A stretch of DNA of 61,307 nt, the filler included, from Asterionella formosa (lineage: Eukaryota), in assembly GCA_002256025.1 (NCBI GenBank). It is 18 parts of 18 records of this genome, joined end to end, with 100 filler letters (N's around TTAATTAATTAA, not from the genome) between each part and the next. Parts side by side here need not be neighbours in the genome. Positions count along the whole stretch, not along the records: positions 10,260 to 13,575 come from NKIB01014244.1; positions 13,676 to 16,988 come from NKIB01014245.1; positions 17,089 to 20,403 come from NKIB01014246.1; positions 20,504 to 23,813 come from NKIB01014248.1; positions 23,914 to 27,227 come from NKIB01014249.1; 13 more parts are not named here. One strand, 5' to 3'. Positions 12,689-25,535 of this stretch are shown here, piece by piece; positions within the stretch are counted from its first letter, which is position 1, and each line of letters opens with the position of its first letter. The translations under genes were made by a program, and so were the position numbers. Under the pieces are notes generated by a model that worked only from the letters and a program-made list of their open reading frames with translations, had not been told where the DNA came from and searched no databases.

Positions 12689-12952
12689 TAAAACACGAAT
12701 GAGCTTTTCCTGTGAGAATTTGTTTGATGCCACTACCACCTGTTTGATCGTTCGATGACGATATGAATTTCTTCATTAGGAATTGCAATTTCAAAAGTAG
12801 ACCTCACCACTTGCTACGTTGCCGCCACGACTTAGAATCCTCAGCAACAAAGTTCTCGTCCTTTGCATACCATGACGAGGGAATAGAAAGTTCTGAAGAA
12901 GAACAAGCAAGCAATCCTAAAACACGAATCAAATTTGAAAACTAGACCTCAC
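12689..12952 (-). promoter_or_regulatory. Upstream motifs conserved between the VWA-Cache paralogs
   Basis: On the + strand: TAAAACACGAATGAG (12689-12703, similar copy near 12918) and TTGCAATTTCAAAAGTAGACCTC (12783-12805). The same motifs lie in the same gene-relative orientation and at similar distance upstream of the paralog ATG at 25536. Confidence 0.55.
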
Positions 12953-13214
12953 AATGCAGAACGCCAAGCTCGACCGGCATTCATCAGGATCTGACATCAG
13001 AATCGAGTTCGCTCTTCTGCATTAGCTACAGTACTAGCAGAACCGAAAATTTTCTAGTACCTGGAAGCAGGTGTAACAGATTCTTTGGATTTTGTCTACC
13101 TTTTTTATAGGGTCCAGGTAAACGGTAGTAATATCCAGTGCTGACTTTTATTGTATTTTTGAGCACTCATTCGTGTGGATTAGACGACTGCGATTATGGC
13201 GTTGCGTGACGCTG

Positions 13215-13272
13215 ACCAGGTACCAGGTACCAGGTACCAGGGGTACCCTGAGCGGTACCACCTGGTACCAGT
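13215..13272. repeat. GGTACCA heptamer / GGTACC palindrome cluster
   Basis: CCAGGTACCAGGTACCAGGTACCAGGGGTACCC...GGTACCACCTGGTACCA. Similar clusters occur near 15493-15560, 16770-16860, 20910-20965 and 21535-21570. Confidence 0.8.
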
Positions 13273-13774
13273 ATTTGGTGACATCACAGGCAGCATCATG
13301 CAGTTTGGCACACACATGACGTCCCCCCCCGGATGTAGAACAGTGTTTACCGGTATTTCGATTCGCATGTATGCACACTAAAACCTTTCAATATTTGCAA
13401 TTAGCTACAACATATGTTCCTTACGATGCCTTACTGCTAACAGAAGCTGATCCAAATACCAATTTCCAAAAATTGGGAACAATCAACGGTGTTTCAGCTA
13501 GATATTCTGCATAACCCAATTGATTTCCATACTTGACTTTTGCCATTTCGACAGTCGTTAACATGGCACCAGTTGNNNNNNNNNNNNNNNNNNNNNNNNN
13601 NNNNNNNNNNNNNNNNNNNTTAATTAATTAANNNNNNNNNNNNNNNNNNNNNNNNNNNNNNNNNNNNNNNNNNNNGAAAGATATCAGTGTGACTGCTATT
13701 GTAAATGTACCGTCTGCACCACTTGAACTGAACAAAACTACTAAATGAAGAACAAAAACAACAAATACAGCGAA

Positions 13775-13801
13775 AACAACAACAACAACAACAACAACAA
13801 C
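13775..13801 (+). repeat. (AAC)n microsatellite
   Basis: About 9 consecutive AAC units. Confidence 0.9.
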
Positions 13802-14654
13802 ATGAAATTCTATCAAGTTCGGTTTGCTCGCTGTGAAATGTTTCCTTAGAAGACACACTCGATCGTTCAAGTAACAACTGGTTTGGGACCCAGTAACCCC
13901 TACGGGGGTACGCCCTCGAGTTCAATTGTCTTCTTCTGGTCTGATCTCACAACAGGTAGACCGTTCTCACAAACCAATGAGGCGGCGAATTACAACAATG
14001 TATTATAGAGCTATAGAGCTATGAAGCTTTTCTTTTCGTTGATGACTACTTTGTATTATAGTAGAAGGCATTAACTTATTTTCGGGTGTGACGATTACTT
14101 TGTCTTATAGAAGCTATAGCTATCGCTATATCTATAGAACAATTGGACTTATTTCATTATAGTGACTCTATAGCTACATCTTATATTCATCTCTACATTC
14201 TGCATTGTAGGTGCATTTGCGTTAGTCGGTAGCAAACATTTGTACACTTCGAAATACTGGTACCGGTAGTCTGGAATGACATAATCATCATCATTGGGTT
14301 TTAGGGTTTTAGACACGAATATAGTGAACGACACTTGTTGCGATTCAAGCCCTTAGCGACCGTAACTGATTTAATTTAAAAACTGGGCACCAACAGGCTT
14401 GGTGGCAGGCAACAGTTTCTCACCCGCCGCGATCTCCGAGGGAACCAACGTATAAATGTCTCCAATAAGAGGGAAAAAATCCCCGAAGGTGTGCTCTTTT
14501 CCAACCAGACATTAATTGAGTTTGTTTATGTCAACGTCATATCTCTCCAGTTTGCAATGAATCCAGCATGCTTGCCACACCGGACCGACCGGGCGTACAC
14601 GTATCGAATAGGGTTTTGATCGGGTACCTACACTGTTCATCAAAAACTCCAATA

Positions 14655-14837
14655 GTGAGCAGATGAGCAGATGAGCTGATGAGCAGATGAAATAAAATGA
14701 GATGAAATCAGATCAGATCAGATGAAAGAAATCAGATGAGACGAGATGAGATGAAATGAAAAGAAATGAAATCAGATCAGATAAAATCAGATGACATGAC
14801 ATGAAATCAGATCAGATAAAATGAAATCAAATGACAT
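14655..14837 (+). repeat. Degenerate pentamer satellite (AGATG/AAATG/AGATC/AAATC)
   Basis: About 180 bp built from variant 5-mers, with a few GAGCAGAT 8-mers at the start. Confidence 0.85.
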
Positions 14838-16038
14838 CTCACGAAATAATCATCTCGTACCACATCATGCTCTTCTCGTGTTCCCATGTTCCAACTTGAA
14901 TTACATGTTTGTTGAACAGTTGTTGATAGGAGGCCTTGGACACTTCGCTACCGGGTGATGGTAATAGAATGGAACCATTTTGATACATACAATGGACAGT
15001 GGACAGTGGACAGTGGATTGACACAACACACATAATATCGAGAACTCCCATGGAAGCTGCGGAGCTGATGTGACCGCACGCTCGCGTATTCGACTATAAT
15101 ACCGGTAGCAATAGAGCAGCCTCTGTCAAGGCGACAGGACAAGGAGGAGGAGGAGGAGTTAGCGCAGCAATTTGAGTGAATGGAAGAATTTGAATTCATT
15201 GAAGGATTCAAACGAGAAATTCAGACTTGTCCTTGTATCGTGCATCGTGCATCGTGCATCGAGCACCTTTTGCTGGTTCAATTTGTCACACCCCGCCGCC
15301 ATGAAAAGCGCCCTGTGGATTTTATGCGCAATTTCAAGTGCGAATGTTGTGCAAAAAAGAGGTGCGTAAGAGCGAATTCAGGGGAATTCGTCCCTTGACG
15401 ACCAACAACTTACTCCGAGTACATCATTGTCTGCTGCTGCTGCTGGGTTGGCTGACTGGGGAAGGACGGTTTTACCTACGCATCCGGTATTCCGGTACCA
15501 GGTACCAGGTAGTTTAAGATTCCGGGCGGTACCTGGTACCTGGTACCGGTACCTAGAGGTAGCCAAGTTTCTCTTCACCATGATCTCCTTGGCTGGTGAT
15601 TACTTGCTGGTTTGTTGTCTACCAGTAGGTGGAGTTCAGTTCAGTGTGTGCGTCCGTACGTGGTATTATACTATGTAGAATGATTGGATAAGAAAATCAA
15701 TATACACCCACGTAAAAACTTGTACCAGGTTGAGGTTCTGGTTCTGGTAGTCTACCGGGACTTTTCCCAAAACGGGATGAAACTGGAAAAACTATTCGTA
15801 AATTCAACTGCCCATTGGCATTTGCACCACCATTGCACCACAATTGCACCACCAATTGCACCACTTTACTTAGAGTAACTTGAATTGCACCAGACTATAT
15901 CAAATCCGTGCAACTATATAAATTTACATAACTGTATAGGAATACATGTGATCCTAAAAATTACAGCCCGCCAACATTTGATGAATAATTTGTTCACTTA
16001 ACTTGCCAATTTCGCATCCATATACTTGAATTGTCAGA

Positions 16039-16610
16039 ATGAGTAAGAAGAATACACGCGGTGAGACTAAAAAGCTTGCCAATCTACCTTGGGATGTCTT
16101 ATATGCCATGGATACACCAGCAGATATTGAAGATAAAGTAGCCCAAGGAATTCTGAATGCTTTGGACAAATTGAAAAAGACATCTGTTGACCGACGCTTG
16201 GCAAAATTGACTGGTACAAGTGCACTCCGGTATCTTTCAGAGCTAAGCTATGAGGTTCACTTTCGTGGTCTCACAAAATTCTTCAAGTTGATTGGTGATT
16301 ATGAGTCACTGTTGATGCTTAGGGACAAATGTCCTGCAAACTGTCCATCGATGAAGGTAGAATCCCTTGTAATGTATGTATGGTGGAAATACAATGCATC
16401 AAGTATGACATTATTGGATCTTGGTGAAAGGAAGTTTATGATGTCATGGGGCATCTTATAAAATGTCGTGGGGATTGGAATGTCCCTGAAAAGCGTAAGG
16501 GATTTCGTACTGCAGTATGGTGCATTCATAAGGCTCACAATCAAACTGGTAACTACATACAGGCTTGTCAAGACTGTCGTGATATGCCCTTTGATGAGTG
16601 GTATACAGTC
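16039..16610 (+). pseudogene. Frameshifted, truncated ORF, possibly the N-terminus of a tyrosine-recombinase (Crypton-like) element protein
   Basis: YEVHFRGL...IGDYESLL...CPSM continues after a frameshift near 16430 as VYDVMGHLIKCRGDWNVP...CIHKAHNQTGNYIQACQDC. The family is recalled from oomycete proteins and is unverified; no catalytic domain is present. Confidence 0.35.
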
Positions 16611-17964
16611 CTGTGTACCGGTACTCTGTACCAGTACTGTGCCAGTATTGACAATTAATTCTACCCCCAATACTACCATTTTTTGTCGTAGTGAAAGCTA
16701 GTGCACTAGTTAACTATCATGATGCACGTACAAAGCATGCACTGTGTGTGAGTGGGTGGTGCCACCGTGCTGGTACCAGGTACCAGGGTTACCAGGGGCG
16801 ATGCTGTTACAATGCATGAAGTACCCTGGTACTGGTGCCTGGTACTACGGTATGTACCAGTTGCCAGCACCTGGTGTTGCCGGATTTTGCTAGCTTCGTT
16901 GTGTGTAATGCTGATTCAACTGGTCTGGTATTTATACTGGGTAAGAAGCAGGCAATGAAATAACAAGGTACAGTACATTGAAAAAAATNNNNNNNNNNNN
17001 NNNNNNNNNNNNNNNNNNNNNNNNNNNNNNNNTTAATTAATTAANNNNNNNNNNNNNNNNNNNNNNNNNNNNNNNNNNNNNNNNNNNNTATTCAGATAAT
17101 ATATAGATATATTCAACTACGTATTTTGATGTATTCAACTAATTCATGTGATGCATTCAAAATCAACTAGGCTTATTTATGTGATGGTCACTTCACGTAA
17201 TACGCGGCTTAGATGAAAGGTAGGGCCACAACCTTAATACCAACACAATCTTGTTCCAGCCTGTACTACTAGTACTAGCTATGATACTGGAATCGGTGTC
17301 CATGAAAATTAATCTTGCACTAGAATGAATATAATCACTTTTTTAATACAGCTATAACTCTCTAATGCTATAAAATTACCAACATTGATATAATAGAATT
17401 TATATATTATTTCACAATGCAAGCATTGCTAGAATTGCTAGAAATGGTGTCACTAAAGGGCATTTCACGACAAATGTTACACCATGTCTATCAGAGGAAG
17501 TGATAACAAGTGAATGCATTTGCCATTTTCAAAACTGGCACTGCAATACATCTTTGGAAAAATACCCATGTTCTTTGCTCATGAAAGTTTAATCCTGTAT
17601 TTCAATGGCAGGTCCAGGAGTACTTTCTCAATCACAGTGGTCCTATAGCAGCAATCAATGATTTTTCAAGATGAATGCTCATCAATGTGCTTTGGTCTTT
17701 GCTTACAACGTGAAGGAATTCAAACAAGTCGTTGTTAGCTGTTGTGGAAAACTAGTTTAAAAGGTGTATGAAGTTATATTTCTTCCACTTCTTATTCAAC
17801 ACTTACTAAATTAGGGCTATAATGACCAATATATGTTCCTATATTGGGGACAGGCTGTTTGGTATTACTACACAACATGCTATAGCCAACACATGCAATT
17901 GAATCTCCTTTGCTTACCATATAAGTGCATAGGAAATCTTGCAAACATACTTCACAGCAGAATA

Positions 17965-19756
17965 TCACCAAAACGACCTTGCTTCTGGCATTAACCTCTT
18001 TTCAGTTCCATTGCATTCAATGACACTGGGAAGATTGTGATAATGGCAAGAAATTAAGGGTTTGGCTGCACAGCACGAGGTGATCAATGCATTCTGTTTC
18101 ATTGTCATTAATGTTGAATTTGCTGTGATACCAATGCAAGTATCCTTCACAAACCACGCCCCCATTTGCTTAAAGTAAAGTATTTTTTCTTTCTTTGACA
18201 CTGTCCAACTCATATGAAACATGAATGGTTGTTCTACTGTTCCAGAAATAAATGACTTCATCCAGCTTTTTTCACGGTGAAAGACAACACCAGTAGGGAA
18301 CACATGTTGGTCTAAGATCTTAACCCGTAATCCATATCTGGAGGCAAATTCAGCCATGAGATGATTAAGGTGACATTGCTCATCTTTTGTAGAGTAATCA
18401 AAAAACAAGGAATTGATTAGATTTTTTGTCTTGTCACTGTTCCTAATATAGAAAAAGCCGCCGTTGGCTCTATAAGGAAGGCTAGGTTCAATTTGTTTCA
18501 AGAAAGAAATCAAAAAGTTAGGAGGCACCAGTGAAAAAGTAAAGAAAGGAGCACCTTCCCCACACTTACTATGCATTCATTTCATTACCATCATCTGCAG
18601 CCATGACATCAAAATGGGAGAGTGATTTATTTTGAAAAAAAGGTAGGGGGTCCTTGAACCAAACCACATCAGCATCCTGAAATAGAATATCATAGCCCAA
18701 CATGATTGAAAGTTGAAGACAAATTATCTTCCCCATCATCATGTCATCGAAAATTTTGTCGCCATAAAAAGCTGAAGCTTTTGATGGCAGTTCACCAAAG
18801 TTGTGCTCATCATAAAATACAGTCAAACCCAAACCCTCTAACAATTCTTTTGTTTCAAGGTCAGTGGCAAATACCAGAATGCCAGAAATGTCCAAATTTC
18901 TAGCACGTGCACTGCAACAAAAGTTAATAATCAGCTCTGATTGCCCATGATTGGAAAACATGACAACCAGCGTATTCATTCTGGCTGTTTTTTTGGCAAT
19001 AGGATAAAGCTTCGTCAACACTGCATCTCTGCTATTCACGAAAATACGTATAGTTTCCCAATGCCTGAGTCTGTCTTGATCATTGGGTGGATAAAAATCA
19101 TTACTACCATCAGAATCCATCAATCGTCCCACATATTCAAGAGGAGCCTTGGAGTCAATTGTGACATCCCTATTGGTATTCTTGCGCATCCATCTCTGAA
19201 TATGAAACGATTCATGTTGCCCCACAATGGCCACACATTGTCGTCGTTCGTGTCCCACATGTGTAAGAATGACATTTAAAAAGTCACAATTGCCAGTCGC
19301 TTCGTTACTGTCGACTATGAGTGGTACCTCGCCATGTTGGGTATTTGCATAGTCGTTGGTGGGATGGGCGTCCTTACTGTAGAGAATCAATACTTGATCA
19401 TTTCCTGGTTGCGCTTGTTGAAGTGGAACGCCCATATAGAACTTGCTCGTAAAGTCTGTGCGTGACACCAAAGTCATCCCAACCGCAAAATTGTGTATCG
19501 AATCTGGAAATCTCGGCGTTTGGTGATTATTTGCATTGTTGTTGTTGTTGGTGGTGGTGGTGTCCTGCTCACATTTTGTAACATCAACATGAGGAGGCAG
19601 AGGTTTCAAGATATTGTTATTGTTGCAAACTTGATGTACACAGGCCATGAGGCCGACATGGTATCCAGCAAATGCTGCCAAACAGAATGCAATTATAATG
19701 CTTCCCACGAAAGAACGAGACGGTCCCCTCGGCGTTGCGGTCCCGTTGCTCACCAT
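17965..19756 (-). CDS. Nucleotide-diphospho-sugar transferase (GT77/PF03407-like), type II membrane protein
   Basis: N-terminal TM helix and the DxD motif FQDADVVWFKDP. An 88-bp intron at 18569-18482 joins EMNA-Y-LPYRANGGFFYIR, followed by DEQ and FHMSWT. Confidence 0.88.
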
Positions 19757-22700
19757 GATGACATTTCAACTAATACCGGTAAGTGAGTCGATGCTGTTAT
19801 AGTGCCGTCGCTGTTACCAGGGTACCGGTAGGAGGGGACATTTTTCTGCGGCCTTTTGCGAACTTCGCCTTCTTTTGCGGTCTATTGGGAAAACGTGATG
19901 CGAGGTCGATTTTAGATTAGTGGAGGGAAAATGGGCTGGCTAACCTTGTTAACCAGAAACCGTCTTAAACAGTGACGATATTCTCAGTGGCAATACCGGA
20001 TAATATAGGTTAAAATGTAAAACGTAAACTAAAATTATGATATAAACTGTGAAAAATGGAAACGATCTCCAATGGTCAATCCATTCCTCTCTTCCTGTAG
20101 GTTAATACTAATTCCATACGTAAATAGTGCATACGTAATCCCCGAATTGACGTGGTATGCAACCATACGTATTCCTTTTTCTCAAATTCTCAAGATCGGA
20201 ACATATCCAGCTGTTTTGATCTTTCTCTATATATAGTAAACCCCTAATACTCCCCTTCATGCCATTATACGTGAGGTCTTCAAGTGTGTGGGATGATCCT
20301 TTGTTTAGTGCTGGGGAACTTGATCTTGTCTTTTAAGGCGTTGTTTCTGTGCAGCATCCAACAACCTTTTCAGGAATACTGACATAGCATCGTACTTATG
20401 TATNNNNNNNNNNNNNNNNNNNNNNNNNNNNNNNNNNNNNNNNNNNNTTAATTAATTAANNNNNNNNNNNNNNNNNNNNNNNNNNNNNNNNNNNNNNNNN
20501 NNNTGTCACCAAGAACATCTGAGACTCAATGAGGATGGCATTGCTGGTCGATCATAGTTATAGCAAGGAGTTGATGGTGAAGATCAAACAATGACAAACA
20601 GAGGTATCATCATGGTGAGTGTAGCAATCAAGTGTGAGGCTGTGGCTCCTCAGTGCATGTGGCATGTATTTGTCAAGAGATTCATGATGGTTTATTATTA
20701 ACAAGTGGTATGTTCATTCATATATTTAATGAAGAGGAAATGAATGACATCAACTAGGATGACTCTACTTTTATGTATTCAAAACAAATATTGGGTTGTG
20801 CTAAATTTTACAAATGTAGAACCAGCTACTGGTACAATGGGCCGGTGTGTACCTGATGTACTTTGGGGGGGGCACCAAGCCATAATTTGGATCGAAGTTC
20901 TGTATCCTAGTACCGGTAGGTACATGGTATGGTATGGTATGGTATGGTACCAGGTACCAGGTACAACAGGGGTCCTATCGTGAGAGACCACGTATGTACC
21001 ACAGTCAAGTCCTTGCCTTTTTGCTTGGTGACGCTGGTTCCTAAGATACCAGTACGATAGTTGACAATTGCACATTCACACATGATACTTACGTAATTTG
21101 CATCGAAGTGCATAAACACAGATTCCATCAAGACATCTACTACATATGTAAAATTCCACGAGAAAACAGCTACCAGAAAAAAAGGCCGTTCGTCCGATAT
21201 TTCCCTCAAATGATCAAACTTCACTCCAAGTTCAACATAGTAGTACTAGATATACCGTGTTAAATTATAAAATGGGAATGAACGGAAGTTCAGACTTCGG
21301 CTGAAAAACCGGCCTACTGTCCGAACATTTCTACGAAAATCAGCGTAAGTGTCCGGTAGATGTCTGATGATGACCATCATCCATCGAAATGTGTCTTATC
21401 CGTACTATGATACTACATACAGTATAAGAAAACAATTTTTGTGCTTGGGTATATAACGAACGGTACATGATGATGACCATCGAAATTTGGCTGCTTGCTT
21501 TGCATGGCGTTTGGGAATGGGATCATTTTGTACAGGGTACCCTGGTACCTGGTAGGTACCCTGGTACATCAATATAGGTAATACATACCGATAGTAGTAG
21601 GATGCATCAGCAATCTAATTTGTACTACTGGTAGACTACCCTGGTACCCTGGTAGCGCAAATTGATCAAGATCATCGGCTCTTGTGGTGCACACTTATTA
21701 CTGATACTGTAATACTGGTAGCATGTAGTGATGTACCTACTCCTGCTCCATAATCCTAAAAATTGTTGTGGAGTATTTGTCAAACCCTAACCATATGTAG
21801 TAATCCGAAACAAAATTGAGGACCAGTTAGGAAGAAATAGGTACCTGGTACCAGGGTGTCATGACATCATCGGACAACACAATAAATATCAACAGTCAAC
21901 ACCCAAATAAATATATTTAGCATTTATATATATACCCAATATATACAAAAAAACATACTACCTGTACTACCTTTGTATGTTCTCTGAGTATTGTGTTACT
22001 CCTACATCACCATGAAAACCTACAGTGTCATCACACATGTAAAAATGCCACCATTATTAAGATTGTTGGCTGAACCCCCAATGTGAAGCAACTTATGATG
22101 CAGATGGGCCATGTGGAGTAATTATATCCATGGATATATTAAGAAGTTTGCAGTATTGATTCCAGGACGCAGCCACTGTACACTAGGAAGGTAAGGATGG
22201 TACCAGCAGGTACGTACACCACACACACTTTGCACAGAACAATAGAGGTGCATGTCATCCCCCAAAAATTTGCAGAAATTGCTGGTTGGGGTGGAATCAG
22301 AACCATCATAAATTTGTTGAATTGCATTGCTACCATTCAACTGGTAAAACCGGAATGGTGGCTATTACACTCACCCCCTCTGGTACAGTGACCAGGCAAT
22401 CCTGCTGTTGGAGGCGGCTCTGCTTACCTGCGACAAAAGCATTCACTTGGCACCATCTCTCTTGTCACCATGGCCCACATAGGAGAATCAATAGTGGGAA
22501 CCAGCCAATCATCAACAACCCAAACCATTTCTTGTTCAGAAGACTATTGTGGCATGTGGAAAGGAAACAACAGTCAGAGGAATATTGTAGATATGGAAAA
22601 GAACCAACAAGCACAGTCAGATTACTATTTTTGGTTATGGAAAAAACAGATCAACCTAGATACTCAAGAATGCAGCCAGAATGACTTGCACAGCCTTGTT

Positions 22701-23469
22701 TGTTGCTTAAGTATTAACTCACTTTTTGATGTTATTGCTGTTAACAAAAGTAACCAGCAAAAGTGATGTTCAGATAATTAGATTCTTTCCTGCTAGCCTG
22801 GTTAAACAATCCCTTTGATCTCCACAGGTTATGTCTTATCATTAAGGTATTGGTACTTTTGCAAACAATAAGGGCCCCCTAGCCTGGCCTTTTACTATCT
22901 ATATAATGAAATCATTGTCCTGTGATTTCTGTGCACAGCTCTCTTGCATTCTCTCACTCCTTATTCTGTGTAAATTCACTCATTCTTGACAACGAAAACC
23001 TGCATTGCTTATGCCACTTCATCTTGATTGTTTGCCATCATGCCCGCTATGTTGTGGTGTTCAAAGGGGTTGTTTTACGAGGTCACCAGCAAGTATCTAA
23101 AGAACTGAAAATCGGTTTTACTAGTTACTTTTGTCAACATCATCAGCATCGAAAAGAGAAATAAAGTTAACATAATAGACAAGTTGAATGTCAATTTGGT
23201 TCCATGCAAGAACAGGTTAACTTTTTTTCTTGTAATATGCCACAATAACTCTGTTAACAAGAAATGAATGTGAAAAACTACTCAAAAAATATCCTTCAAT
23301 CATTTTGATAATGAAAATCCAATAGAAGTAAACTTAAGTTAAATGTACTTTATAAGCGGACAACACCAACTGTGATCACAAATTTGGAGCAACAGCCAAT
23401 GCATACAAAAAACCCAAATACATTCATTAAAAAAGGAACAAACACACACTGCATTCTCCATCACATCAC

Positions 23470-23813
23470 CTAAACGCATGGTGAATAATACTCAACAGCC
23501 AACCCAAACAGCAAATGGTTTGGGTTGTTGGGGACGCCATTGTTTAGGTAGCAAAAATTGGCAGTAGCACCTTGCTGAATATTGCTGCAGTCCACATATG
23601 GCCAGTAATTTCCACCACAGGAGTAATATTTGCACAAAGTACACTGTACATCGTTGTAAAACGCCTTGCAAGTATAGGTAAAAGACTCATGATGAACTTT
23701 CCAGTACGCCCACTTGTATAAGTGAAACCAGTTCCATATCCAAATGGAGAATAGGGTGAATTTTCACCATAGGTTCCAAAAGGAACAGCACATACTCCAC
23801 CAAGACACCACTG
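23470..23813 (-). pseudogene. C-terminal fragment of a Cys-rich secreted-type protein with one frameshift
   Basis: QWCLGGVC...FTYTSGRTG, then after a frameshift CKAFYNDVQCTLCKYYSC...VDCSNIQQGATANFC...PCV and a stop. Confidence 0.4.
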
Positions 23814-23913
23814 NNNNNNNNNNNNNNNNNNNNNNNNNNNNNNNNNNNNNNNNNNNNTTAATTAATTAANNNNNNNNNNNNNNNNNNNNNNNNNNNNNNN
23901 NNNNNNNNNNNNN

Positions 23914-25489
23914 TACTATCCGGTGATTTTCGACTTTTTGTTTTAACTTATTAGATCGTGTTGGAAAAGTGAGTTAGTTGTTTCTTCCATTTCTTAATCT
24001 ACATTACGATGGATCCCTAGTAGAGTTGCTACTGACCAAATCTTGCTTGGTTGGCAGATCCTAAAACACGAATGAGATCTTTTTAAAGAAATTCGGTTGC
24101 CTCTTGAGGTTTTATTCGCTATTACTCGTATCACTTACTCGGAGTACTAGCAGTCTTCATCAAGGCAGATTTGCAAATTCAAAATCAGACCTCGCCTCTT
24201 ACAAGAACATTTCTAGACAATGGTGGTGGTGTCGCCTATTCCTTATTGGCTGGTAGCTGCCCTGCTCGGATTGTAAAGCCTAACACACGAATGAGATCTT
24301 AAAGGAGAATTCGTTCAAGTCTGGACGTATGCTCCACTTCTTTTCTAGAAATACGTAGCAGCCTTCTACAAGAGTGAGTATTTTAGAAGTAGTCCTCACA
24401 ACCTTACATACGAGAAAGTTTTCATTTGTTAAGAAGATGAGGTATGCTAAGTCTAAATATCATAGCTAGAGACAATCCAAAAGCATTACGCAGTACCTAC
24501 CTGGTATCTAAAAATACAAGGAGAATGTGAATGCATGCAAAGTTCAGGAAAACACACGCGACATTTCAACATCAAGTATTTTTATATTACTGATCTTTTT
24601 GAAAGAAAGGAAGTACAAATCAAGTACTGTCCATCGGATGCAATGTTAGCAGACTACATGACAAATCCACTGGTTGGAACGAAATTTATTCATTTTCGTC
24701 AGCAAGTTATGAATTCAAAGTGAGCATCCGTGTCCAGCAGGAGTGTGTTGGAGAAATTATTTTAGGAAAGAAAATCCCGGTATAAATTACCTACTACATA
24801 TTGAATCGAATGAATAAAAAAAAGAATATGGTACCAGAGAAAACTCAGAATTCGAAAACAATCTACGCCAACGCACAGTAAAACCCATAATTCTACTAAA
24901 ACTCTTAGGAACGATTACAATCGATTACGGAGACATCGTTGTTCATATCTACAGCCTATTTGGTCCCCGACGTGTCCTTACAGGATACAAGAAAGCATAG
25001 AGTGCTTCCGGACGCAATTTCAACAGTATATAATACCCATTGTTTTTATGATGAAATACAAATTTACATGCTGATGTCGTTATGATCGGACAATTGATAA
25101 ATGGTATTTGTTTACACTCCACTGGAACAAATAATATTATTGTTCCATTCAAAGACACTAACAGTTCAAAAGTAGCTGATGTGCTATGTACCGCAGTACC
25201 GTAGAGCCATGGATTCGTGTTTTGCTTAGGATCTACCATCCATCCATCAAGAAGAGGCGAGGTCTAATTTTGAATTTGCACGTCTTGATGAAAACTACTA
25301 GAAATAGCGATTTTAATAGAAAAGATCTCATTCGTGTTTTAGGATCTGCCAACCAAGCAAGGTTTGGTCAGTAGCAACTCTACTAGGGATCCATCGTAAT
25401 GTAGATTAAGAAATGGAAGAAACAACTAACTCACTTTTCCAACACGATCTAATAAGTTAAAACAAAAAGTCGAAAATCACCGGATAGTA
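23914..25489. repeat. 170-bp inverted repeat (23914-24083 / 25320-25489) flanking a spacer of about 1.24 kb
   Basis: The arms are reverse complements with one mismatch (24041/25362). Weaker mirror homology continues at about 24171-24200 versus 25251-25281. Confidence 0.93.
24535..24953 (+). mobile_element. Copia RNase H C-terminus with PPT and 3' LTR remnant
   Basis: SSGKHTRHFNIKYFYITD...YCPSDAMLADYMTNPL, then CAGGAGTG and the LTR start TGTTGGAG at 24746. The right end is tentative. Confidence 0.8.
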
Positions 25490-25535
25490 AGCTTTTTTTG
25501 CCTTTGCGAGAGTCAGATTGTAAGATCCTTTGACA

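Noticed and set aside
20504..23460. Many 60-130 aa ORFs in a low-complexity contig
   Set aside because: No domain signatures. A match of about 18 bp near 22514 to the inverted Cys-rich fragment is too short to interpret.
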